Origin: Chrysomallon squamiferum
Lineage: Eukaryota; Animalia; Mollusca
NCBI GenBank assembly: GCA_012295275.1
Contig: CM022673.1
Coordinates: forward strand, 19,840,001 to 19,904,000
DNA: 64,000 nucleotides
Direction of reading: 5' to 3'
A program made the position numbers and the translations under genes. Every line of letters begins with the position of its first letter. Within the stretch, counting starts at the first letter, position 1. The notes beneath the pieces were generated by a model. That model was not told where the DNA came from. It made no database searches and worked only from the letters and a program-made list of their open reading frames with translations. Below, piece after piece: positions 38,474-50,773 of this stretch.

Positions 38474-40924
38474 TACAGTCAATATGTAAAACTAGTCATT
38501 TGGTCTAATACCTGAAATGTTTAGGCATTTAGCCTTATGTCCAAGACCATCAGGCATTTGGCCTAATGACTAAACTTTCCAGGAATTAAGCCAAATGACT
38601 GGATTTTGGATGGTGTTGTTTGACATTCTGCCTGATAGCAATTCAGGCAATTAGTCAGTTGGGTTTAATGCTTTGCTTGCACCTGTTCATTGTAGGGATT
38701 AATGGTTCAATTCAATTTTTTTATTTATTGTAAGCATTACAGCTTATTGATATAGAATGTCAATAATAAAAAAATGTAAAACATACAAATAGCGACATAA
38801 CATTGTCACATTTCACAGATGTATTTAGCTGAATTGAAAGATTCTGCCTTGCTTAGTCATATATTACTTGCTTAATTATGCACAAATGTTTTTTTAATAT
38901 ATTTTGTTAACATCTGTTCATTGTAGGGATTAATGATTCAGTTCAGTTCTTTATTATTGTAAGTTTTATAGCTTATTGATATACAATGTCAGTAATAAAA
39001 CTTTGGAGAAAATAAATAATATAGCACATAAATTATATCTAACTAATCAAAACTTTTCTACACTGAAATGCTTTAAACAAATATTTACCCATATTACACA
39101 ATGATTTCTTATTTTCAGTCTCATCTTCAGTTTCACCACATTGTTACATAATACACATATTCTTTCTCTCTCAGTATTCCTATACCTTCCAGTCTCATTT
39201 GCCACATGGTGTGCTGATAGCCTCACTTTGTTAAGTATCTTTTGTAAAACTATTGGTATAGATTTAACTAAATAAAACATAATTGTTACACCATCTGTAA
39301 TGTATTTATGTAAATTGTCACATTTCACAGATGTATTTAGCTGAATTGAAAGATTCTACCTTGCTTGGTCATACATTACTTGCTTAATTATACAATAATA
39401 AAAAATTTTCTATTTTCATTAATCTGGTCCTGCTCTATCCATATGTATCCCAATCCCAATTCTTATAAAGTTTTCCTAATAAAAGTCACCAATTATTTTT
39501 CTATAATATAAAATACAATTTTTTGAACGAATTAATTTCAACCAATATTTAATCATTTGATGTGTATACTTCAGCACACTAGTTATATATGTATCAAACA
39601 GTGACAACAGAGAAATATAATTTAAAGACATATTATTTACACTCTACATTGCCATATTGTTGTGTTATTCTTACATCAAAGACAAATTAGATGGTAGGGA
39701 TTAGTGTTATTTTTGTATCAAAGTGTTAATAGGTGGTATAAAATATGGTAGCTCCTGATCACATTCAGATCACTTATGTGTGTGCCATGGAGATTCCTGT
39801 AGAAGATCACTTTAAGAGAGAGTACATTCCAAAGGATTATGGACCAGCTTAAAAGTCTTTATCTCTGTACTATGTTTCCATTGAAGACACCTTTGGTCAT
39901 GTGAACAGATACTGAAAGAACTATCCAAAAAGAATTTGAATGTGTATGGACTGTCAACAGAAATGCAATATGCCAATAACCAAAGTAGTGGTGATCCAGC
40001 CTATTCTGACCAAGTTTTTGACACTTGACCAAGTGGATCTTGTAGATAGGCAGTCCTTCCCCAGTGGAAAGTACAAGTGGATCATGGTTTACCAGGACCA
40101 TTTGACCAAGTTCTGTATTCTCAGTATAGCATAACATGCCCATCTGCAATTCTGAAAGGCAAATATTCCAGGAACCAGTTTGATGTCTGTCCCCAGAGAC
40201 AGCTATTGTTGGATGATGTGAACAGAGATTGCACAATCTTTCCTAGACCAGCAGTATCAAAGGAGTCATATGCAGGAGGGCAAGGGTTTGTGAAATGCAA
40301 CGGGGGGGCAAAGAGGTGTCAAACAAAAGGTAAATATTTCAAGAACAATCTTTTCAACAAATCAAGATGTCACTTGAGTTTGAACTGCTGTAATTAATAG
40401 AACACTACTTGATGTGTTTTGAAATAAATGTTTTCATGCAATTGCAAGTCATTCTTTTTCATTCAGTCATTTAGCCTAATGACTAGAGGTCTGTTTCAGT
40501 CATTTGGCCTACTGTCTAAAATTTCAAGGCTAAATGACTGAAATTAGCTGTATGTTATGTTGCTATTTGTATGTTTTACATTTTTTATTATTGACATTCT
40601 ATATCAATAAGCTGTAATGCTTACAATAAAAAAAAAAATTGAATTGAACCATTAATCCCTACAATGAACAGTGCAAGCAAAGCATTAAACCCAACTTACT
40701 AATTGCCTGAATTGCTATCAGGCAGAATGTCAAACAACAGCATCCAAAATCCAGTCATTTGGCTTAATTCCTGGAAAGTTTAGTAATTAGGCCAAATGCC
40801 TGACAGTCTTGGACATTAGGCTAAATGCCTAAACATTTCAGGTATTAAGCCAAAAGACTAGTTTGACATATTGACTATAACATATATATACACACACACT
40901 AAAGTATTAGGATTTCATAAATAC
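38417..40924 (+). mobile_element. Non-autonomous Ginger2/KRBA2-like integrase DNA transposon with ~385-bp inverted ends
   Basis: Arms 38417-38802 and 40553-40924 carry subterminal CATTT(A/G)GCCTAATG-like repeats. Internal CMDCQQK...IQPILT...QVDLVDRQSFPSGKYKWIMVYQDHLTKFCIL (39940-40130) and YSRNQF...GGQGFVKC...SRCHLSLNCCN (to 40397) match the N- and C-terminal parts of KRBA2/SCAND3-type integrases; the catalytic middle is missing. Confidence 0.75.
38935..39392 (-). mobile_element. Non-LTR retrotransposon (LINE) 3' fragment nested in the DNA transposon
   Basis: KVRLSAHHVANETGRYRNTERERICVLCN resembles the LINE ORF2 C-terminal RLSxHxLxIETGRY...RxCxxC motif. On the minus strand it is followed by AATAAA and a (T/C)TGAA-type tail. 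A shorter deleted copy lies at ~38700-38880. Confidence 0.7.
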
Positions 40925-43206
40925 AGAAAATAATAATTACAGTCTGAATGGAAGTCTTAATTTCAAGATGATATTTGTGAAATCTATTTTACTTCAAGTA
41001 TATTATTTTACAATGTTGTAATTTTATTACTGTTATTAAAATAAAAAATAGAAAATAAAAACATAATACAAATATGATAATCCAATTTTAAAGGCAAAGT
41101 ACTTAATTTCAAACAATAGTTTACACATGAAAGGAGTTTTAATATTTTTGATCAACTTCAAGCAGTGTTCAACATAAGCTTCTATTAAAACAAAATATGT
41201 AGAAAACTTCACTCGTATTAACTTGTATAACAGGTCAGATTCTTTCACTTCTGTTCACTTGTGACCCTGTTATTAGCTTTTTCTTTCTTTTTTTTCTATT
41301 TTTATAAATCCTTTTAGCTTTGGGATCTCATTATAATTTAAAGTTCAAAAGAGATGACACCATTGAAAAACTGGGTTAATATTTCCTATTAGTTTAGCAG
41401 CTGTATGAGAAATAGTGTCATGGTGGTAATTTCATAATTTAATAGTCTTGATATTACTACGTTTAAGAACCAAAATATTGTTGATTCTTTCTGTTGGTTG
41501 ATAATTTCCTTTATGTGTGAGGATTAACATATTAATTTTATAATGACAAAGAAAAGAAGTCGTACACAGCACATACCTTACACATAGAGACACAGACTTT
41601 ACATACAAACACATGGCATATAACCGCATACAATAATATATGCACCATACCAATATATTATGACAATAATTTGTTTTTATAAGATAGACCACTTTTAAGT
41701 AACAGAGCTAGGTAAATAGAAATGAAAATGTCAAATAAAAAGGAAATTACAAATCAAGTTTTTAAAAAAGATTAAAATCAATTTAAATTGAGAGAATTGT
41801 AGGATTAAAAATAAAATTATAAAAAGTAATATAATATTAATGTTTAACTATAATGGAAGTGAATAAATACTGAAACATACCATTAAATTAAATATAAATT
41901 ACAATATATTTCATAGTATATTTAAGAAAATGAATGAATATTGTATTTAGTAGATATTCATATGTATCAAAAACAGATTATAATGATATGACCATTTCAA
42001 TTTATTTATCTTCTTACATGTTTTATATACATTACACTGATGCTACAGGAAGGAAACATTGATAGGTTATGTATTTACAAAATATTCACTAAAATAAAAG
42101 GGTTACTTTTTCTCAGAAATCAACTGCACTCTTATTGATAACATTTTTGTTGTTTTCCGCATGATACAAATTTGAAGCTTTTTTAAAACATTTTTTCATT
42201 GATTTGTATAGGATATTGTATCTGTGTCGTATAAATAGGTAAGTTTGTGATATGTATGCATGCAGGTGTGTTGTGTTTTAAACATAATATATGCACTTAA
42301 TACTTTGAAATTAATTACGAATTGTTTTTGTGTTTTTTCACAAATTCAAGTTCAGGAAAATAATATAGTCAGCTCCAGTATAGTAACGGTTTTGTTTCTG
42401 AAACAAAATGAAAAGAACAAAAGAACAAGAGCTCCCCTAAGAAAAAAAGAACAGGTTTGTGAACTTTACACCTAAACCTGCTTAATGTCCACAAGAGTTG
42501 TCAGTGATATTCTTGTTTGTTTATACATTTGCAGAACATATTTATTTGTGAAGTCTTGTACCAGATTAGATTTATGCCATTATGAAGACAGTTGCCTAGA
42601 TTTATGCAAAAGACAAATTGGGGTTTTGCCAAGTCATATGCTATTTAATTTACTTATGTAACAGACAACAGCAATGTACTACTATTGCTTTTTGACTTCA
42701 AAACATTATGCTAATAATTATGATTCATAGACAGCATAAACATTTGTTTACTGTGTTTGCCGTGTGGTATTCAGTGTTACATAATACAGCGCTGCAAAGA
42801 ATATGCCTGAAATTATTTAATTTTTGAATTCTATGCAGAAGGTAGACTGAGGTTTCTTTAATAGTTATAATAATTACATGAATATTTCAGTTTTTCTTGA
42901 TGCCTACTATCAAAAGGTGAACATTAACACAGGCTGCTATGCTCCTGTATTAATGAGATATTTCAAGTTGTTATAATTAATTAAAAATATGCTTATGTAC
43001 GTTTTTATGACAAGTTCTTTGTTAGTATATATTATCTTTGTATTGTTTTAACTGACCTACCAAGATATGAAGCTATATGCTGACAGATACCAATAATTTG
43101 ATCATGTTCATGATCCTTGGTTACTTTTGTTGATATAAATCAGTCTGTCTAAAAATATATTTAAATGAGTTTATTGAAAGATATGTAATTTGATTACAGG
43201 AAAGGT

Positions 43207-43421
43207 ATGAGCAGTATAGTGAAGAGTGGACCCAGTCCTCCTCCAGCTGCAGTGGGCAAGAAACATCACATTGTCCAGAACAGTGGTAGTGGACCCCCTG
43301 CTCTCACACACCCCACAGAGCCTTTAGACGATGTGAACATGAATGAAGTAGTAGAAGAAAAAGTTGATCTGGAGTTCATAAAGCCATCAGGAGAAAGCTG
43401 TCAAATTACAGTAGATTCAAG
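43207..43421 (+). CDS. COBL: cobl-like coding exon 1 (acceptor at 43198-43199, so an upstream exon probably exists)
   Basis: TTACAG|GAAAGGTATG...VDLEFIKPSGESCQITVDS; donor AG|GTATGT; phase 2. Confidence 0.85.
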
Positions 43422-46263
43422 GTATGTGCAGAACTTAAATATGGTTTAATGACTTCAGCCAACTGTTGAATGTAATTTCTCAAGATTTACTATTTATAAC
43501 AAAATCAAATTCAGTTCTTTTATCACAAATTAATACAAAAAATATACAAAATAAACAAAACGTTTATAATATTATCTGAAGCATACCATTATACTAATAT
43601 ATAGAATAATATCTAATATTTATCTAATACATAATAGAGATGTTGGCAATATCCATTTAAGTTTGTGTCCATAATCTTGACCACAGCCATCTAACATATT
43701 TGGTTAATCAGCATCCATGAACTTGCTTAATTTATTTTTATGTCAAATTACATCATTTGAAAAGAATAATGTTACAGCATTGTGCATCTTAATCTGTTTT
43801 CAACCAAAGACCAGAGAGGTAATAATTTCATTGAACAGAAATGTGTAATTAAGAACAATAAGAAAAAAAGTAGATTTTTTTATTATTTTTTTTTATCCAA
43901 TGCCTAAGAATTAATTGGAAAAAGAATATAAATATTATATTTATGACTTTAAAAAAATTGGGAAGTGTCATTAAGAACATTAAGAAAAATAGTAGCCTAT
44001 TTTAATTTTTTCAATGACTAAAAAGTAATTGAAAACTGAATATAAATACCATATTTATATATTGGAAATCTATATAAATGGTTTTTTCACGGTCAGTTCA
44101 ATGTTGGCTGTTCAAGATTTGGAAATGGAAAGAATTTTTTCATCCTCTCTCCCAATGGAAAAACAAAGAATGTTGTATAACGTGCTACCCTACAATCTGA
44201 AACTGACTGTGATAGTTATGTTATAGTTTTATTGTTTACTCATGCAAGTGGCTCTCGTTTGAGCTTTTATGTATATGTATATATATATTAAAAACAGGGG
44301 TGTGATAGTGAGCAGAACACATGCCTTTAATATTGTTCTGGAACACAAACCTGGGATGTTGTGCCAAAATATATGTGAAGAAAAGAAAATTTAATGAGAA
44401 AAATAAGCTTTTTACACTCAAAGAAATCATTTTGTCAGAAAATATATTGTTAATATAGCAACATAACAGAAACTGTTAATACTGTGTCATCAAATTCATG
44501 TATCTGAATAAACAGTGTTTTCTGATACAAAATTCCTTTTCCAAATACTATTAATATAAAAACAAAAATATAAATGTTTAATTTTTTTTTCACAAAATTT
44601 ACTTTCAAACAATGCAGTGTTAATCTTTCAAAGCAATAGGTTGTTATTGTAAACTGACCTGCAGCAGCACAGCTGGAACATATATTATCTTGCAGTTTTA
44701 CTGATTGCTTCTACTTAGTGCTAAACTTTTAAGCAGATCAGACCTAAAATTCTTATTAAGCTGGAGAAAACTTCATGTGTTTGATAATAACTGACAGGGC
44801 AATTGTACCAGTGCAGAGTTCACATTCAGCTAAACTTTGACTTCACAAAGTGCTGTGCCTTTTCACATATTGTGAATTTTATTAAATTTTACATATTAGG
44901 GTGTTATAAATTATACAATTCAGAAAGACCTTTTAAAAATTAAAATTTTTAATTTTCAAAATAGAGATAAAACAAAATATTAACAATGTATAACAGTGAA
45001 TTGTAGATGAAGATTTTTTTAACACTTTACAGCACAAAAAAAAATTAATTAATAAAAATACTGAAAATGTATATAGATAGCACAAACTGCTTATATAAAG
45101 ATACAATGATTCTAATAGTTTCCAATATCTATATATATCTATCTTTGTAATGCTTTAAATAATTATAACATGTACAACATTACTTTTTCATTATCAATCT
45201 TCTTAAATAAGCCACTAAGCTGTTTTCATTTCATTCATGTTAAGACTAGAGAGAGTACAGTTTTGTATTTTTGAAATTTTCTCAAATTTGTTATTATATA
45301 TTAATTAATATTATACTTTTTCTTAAATTTTGTTATCTATCATATATAATTTTATTTGAAATAAAATGGAGAAAAATAACAACCTCCGCACTTTTATAAA
45401 ATTTTCAAGTGAAATAAATGAAATCTGTTTATAATGAATAGTTATTCGATATTTATATTAAAATGACACCTATTCAGTTACTCAGTTATGATTTGATTAG
45501 AGATCATTAAGTTTAAACATTTATCATATTCATGTATGTATTTATTTTTTTATCTAGTTTCCAAAAATAAACAAAGCAAAACTTTTCCCAAAAGCCTTCC
45601 CAAATATTATATTTAATAATGAATAATAAGCATTTTTGGCAACTATAGATAACCTTTATGTTTTACTATCAGAAATATCCACTCATACACCAGTAGGATT
45701 CAGCTGAAAATGTCGTTTTTAGCATTATATTATTAATATTGACTGTTTATTAAATAAAAATATAAGTGTATATGTAAATACAGCAGTTTAATAAAGTGCT
45801 TTTTGATTATCACAGAAAATACAAATCAAAAATTATTTGATGTCCCTTTATTCTCCATATCTTAAACATTTCATGCCTGTATATCATTAATACTCACCCT
45901 GTAGTCATGTTCCATGCATGGGCTATGTTACAACACTCTTCAATCAAAGTTGGTATTAACAGAAAGTGTTTGAGGACATCAGTTTTTATTATCTTCAAAA
46001 CATATTCTGGTTCATCTCCTTCCTTTTCCTTTTTCAGGGTGTCCAGATTTTCTACCAAGTTTATTAAATCTTAAGTAGAAAAACATCTTGCTTCTCCTTT
46101 GCTATCAGCATTTGGGTTTAAGATATATTATTCTATAATTGGATCCAGTTCAGTGGCACCAGCAGCAGTAAAAATGTTATCAAATCATTTTTTTTTTTTT
46201 AAATTGATGTATTTCAGGCAGATTGCAAATTGGCATTATTGTCAAGTGTAAAACCAGTGCAGC

Positions 46264-46312
<49 letters not shown>

Positions 46313-46425
46313 AGGATCTGAATATTCTGTCATATGTACATTTTATTAGACTGTGCACATAGACAATATTCAGGAATGCTCTGGCACAGGAGGACAAAGT
46401 CCAGTCATGATCTCACAAAGCCCAT

Positions 46426-46460
<35 letters not shown>

Positions 46461-46462
46461 AT

Positions 46463-46493
<31 letters not shown>

Positions 46494-47504
46494 GTTAAGG
46501 ATTTTGAATATTCTCTGTTTTATGTACATCTGATTAGACTGTGCACATAGACAATATTTGGGAATGCACTGTTGCAGGAGAATAAAGTCCAATCATGACC
46601 TCTCAAATCCCGTCAGATGCTGTCGATGAGTCTTGAACATATGGCAGCCATTCGCCTGCACTCCAAAGGCAGACAATGTTACCATTTGGCCATCGAGACC
46701 ACCTTTGAATGACTATAATCAGGAAGATTCCATATGGGACAAATACAGGTCAGGTGTGATCAGTTGGTAAAAAAATGTCCTCAGATTAATTTATTTATCT
46801 ATATGTATGTGTGTATATATGTATCTGTGTCTGTGTGTTGTAGATTTATTATTTTCCATATGGTGCAAGATAAGAGAAATACTGTAAAGACATCAATAAC
46901 ATAGCTGATGTTGTCAGGTTTTGGTGTACTGAGAATGAAGGTTTTTATTATCATTGCCACTATTTATTCTTCAGTCTTTTTATCTGCTATAAAGGTCATT
47001 GTTTAATATTTGCATCAAATGTGATGGCCAATGCCCATTGATTGACATTATGATCAAAGTGCAAAAAAACATAAATCTACTCAACCTGTTGCTTCTCTTA
47101 TCCTGAGTGATCACAAAGGATAATTTATTTCTGAGGCAGAAACAAATACACTAATGTTTGCATCTGTCATGAATGCAACCTCGACTCAAAATAGACACTA
47201 CATATAATTTTTGAGCTTTGCTACTGTTGCAAAGAAATTTAGATTGTCTCTTGTTAATAAATTACTAGTACTCTATTGTACAGAACATCAGCAATTTTTA
47301 TTTTAATAATTTGTGTGAAAAAAACTGAGGCCTTGACTTTATGATCCTGTAATGAATTGTATTAAAATCTAACAATATTAATATCTAACTTCAATACTAA
47401 AAACATATGATTGAATTTCAGACCTAACCAACTGACATATTTTCTTAACAGATACTCTTTTTATTATTAATATTTAACATTAATATTGTTATTATTATTG
47501 TTGT

Positions 47505-47535
<31 letters not shown>

Positions 47536-50500
47536 TATTCATACATACACACACACGTGAAACATTTGAAGAGTGGTCATTATGGAACTGAATTAACTAA
47601 CTGCATAAAAAAATAGATATTTATTCTTTATATATGATAGTAATATTTTTTTCTTTCTTTTCTGGATTTTTTTCCCATTATTTTTGGGGAAATGGGACAG
47701 CAATATTAAAAGCTGAAAACGTTTTATAACTAAAAAGTATTCTTTACTGAATTTATATGCCTATTTACAAGTTTTCTTTTTATGCAAACAGACTGTAAAT
47801 GTTCTTACTGTCATTATCTTTATTGTAGCTGTATTATTTTCTTTAATATAATTATATCAATTCATGAATCTTTATTTCTAAAGTAGTTCCTTTACTATGA
47901 CTGAAATATACATTTATTGCGCTGTAGCTATTTGTTATTCTGTTACTGAGATTACCACTACCATCTATAGCAACACTAACATCATCTCTTTTATACCATT
48001 GCTATTTCTAATGTAACCTGCAGATACAGCCAATACCACTATCACTACCAAAAGCAAAACATGAAAAATAAATTAGTCAAAACATATATTTTTCAAAGAG
48101 TTGTATTTATCAGATTTTATAATTTCTATTATGTTGATTGTGTATATTTATGTGTTATGACATTTCTCACTTGTTAAAGATCTACACACATTTCAGATAT
48201 GTGCTTTTAATGGTTTATGTTATGAAAAAGAACTAAGGCTATTTTATATTTCTTTCTTTCTAAAATTATTCGTTAAGTCACAAAGAAATAAAAGTTGAAT
48301 TTCTACATTACAAATGAAGCCAATGCATCCCAGAGGTACATGTGTGACATTGATGATAAGTAAAATTGCTACTTTTAATAAGGTTTATTTTGCCTTTGTT
48401 TATATTTCAGCCTATACCATTATGCAGGATCATAACTTACTTATTTTTCTGTTATTTTAATTTAATCTAACTCATGTTTTTATTTTATTTTACTTTTTAT
48501 GGCATGTTAAAAAATTGCTGTATTCTCTGTACCTAAATTAGATATGAATGTCAGTTTTGAAACATACAGTGAAATGTTAAAGATTTTTGTCATTATTTAT
48601 TATAAAAATGAACTTATTTATTTACTTGGGGATTTGAATAAATTAAGTCACATAAAATTATACAAAGTTAAATGTGAATGTATTTTTTTTTTTTTATTAT
48701 TTATGTATTACCAGCAGTGTTCTACTGATATATAAAGCAAAAGAGTTTTGAAACTGTCACCATTGTGTTTAATATAAACAATACTTGTCAAGTGTGGAAT
48801 GTTTGTACATCAACAATAAACACCCTGCAACTATTGTAAAATTAGTTAATAGACTGCAGTAACACAGAAATTGTGCTGAAAATTTGCTATATTTGATTGA
48901 ACTGGATCCAAAAGGGGATTTCTCAGATTTGGTTACCTTGGATGAATTATAGAGTGAAGAAAAGGATTTTGTGTGTAAGATATTTAGAATTTGTAATATT
49001 TTATATAATTGATATTTAAAAACCAAATGAATAGTTCTGAATGAAATTAACTATTTAATTAATATTGTGCATTTAGGTTCAAAAAATAATTTTATTATTT
49101 TGATATATATATACATGTGTCTGTTTGTGCGTGTGTGTGTGTGTGTGTGTTTGCCTTCCTGTGTAAAGACATCATTTACTCAGACATACTTTATTATGCA
49201 GTTATTCTCAAACACAAAGACATGGAAACATGCTTAACAGTATCCTGTCCCAAACTGATTTGATTGGATCTTAAATATTAAAAATTACTATTATAACAAT
49301 GTGTTGAGGTTATTTACTAATATTAACTGTCAGATCTTTGTAGAATTCCAAATTCTTAAAGATTTCTAATAAGGAATACATTAATTTAGTTTCTCAAATA
49401 TTATTAATTATATTATTTTATGATCATTACTGTTCATTCACTGATATTAGCATGGCCAGTGAATATTTAGGGTTTTTTTTCTTTCTTTTCATAATTATTA
49501 TGTACACACTGTAGTCCAGCTAGGTGATTCTGTCCTTCAAATTATGTTTTTAAAAACAATTTGTTTATACATTGTGAATCATCTTTCAAATATATGAAAT
49601 TCGAAATTAAGCTGTTAATTCACCATTTCATCAACTTACAACTTACTGTAGCTTTCAGTTAATGAATATAGACATTAATTTGTTTTAAACACTGATGTGT
49701 TTTAGATCCAGATAATAAAAAAATCATGTAAACATATTTTGTTTAAAATAAAAAATTACTAATTTAATTTTCTTCATTCTAAGTATTATGAAATAAAAAT
49801 AAAAAAACTTTTTGTGTTACATTTATATTTATATTTACGGTCATTTTGTGCATTTTCTTCTATATATACATGAATTACGGAATTGGGACAGGCTACCCAT
49901 CCCATTGACTGATGAATATTAAGATTCCATTGTTACAGTCTACCTTAACTAGTGCTTGCTGTTAAGCACACAGACTATTTATTAGCCTTTTTAATTCATT
50001 CTGTGCTTGTTAAATTGGCATTCTTTGTTAGCATTGTAAACCATAACATACTGTAGTGTGTACAATTATTCTAATTAACTTTAGATACTCCACTTCACAT
50101 ACTAGTTATTAACATTTTATAACTGTTACAATTGTAATGTAACAGAGCCTTTAGTAAGTCTAGATGTGTGAGACATTATTTGTCATGTGACTGGTGTACA
50201 GCACACTTTGTGGTAGTCAACATGATGAATGCTGAAGGTACACAGAGTAAATTAGATACACAGGCTTGTGTTCTGAGGACATCTGGAGGGAGATATACCT
50301 CACATTCAGACTACTTTTGCTGTTTTTCTGAATAATCTTAAATAATGCTTACCCTTTAAATATGTTTGGAAGAAAGAAGAAATTGATTTTGACTGTTGCA
50401 GAAAAGGTGAGTTATTAAGGGTGGATGTGTATGACACCTAATACCTGTTATTTATTTCAGCATACCTATGTATGACCTGCGGATCCAGCTAGCAGCTAGT

Positions 50501-50727
50501 TGTAAAGTTAGTCCTTCAGGTTATACACTGGTTGTGTTTTCTGACGAGACAGGAAAACCACTGGAATTCAAGGCTAACCAGACAGTGGGATCACTTGAAG
50601 GCAGAACTGTTCAATTGTTGTTAAAAAATTCAGAAGTTGACAAATCTAAAAAGTTTCATAAGGAATCATCTAAAGGTGGTCGACCTTTTGAGGTATTATA
50701 ACAAGGTTTATTTAAATTTTTATTATT

Positions 50728-50773
<46 letters not shown>

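Noticed and set aside
42260-42475. KRTRAPLRKK resembling a KRAP motif as an upstream cobl exon
   Set aside because: Donor CAG|GTTTGT is phase 0 in that frame, incompatible with the phase-2 acceptor at 43200.
41050-44226. Possible further LINE ORF2 C-terminal relics (~41050-41450 minus; 44029-44226 plus)
   Set aside because: Only faint motif resemblance (RSERI*PV; LEMER...PMEKQR); too degraded to call.
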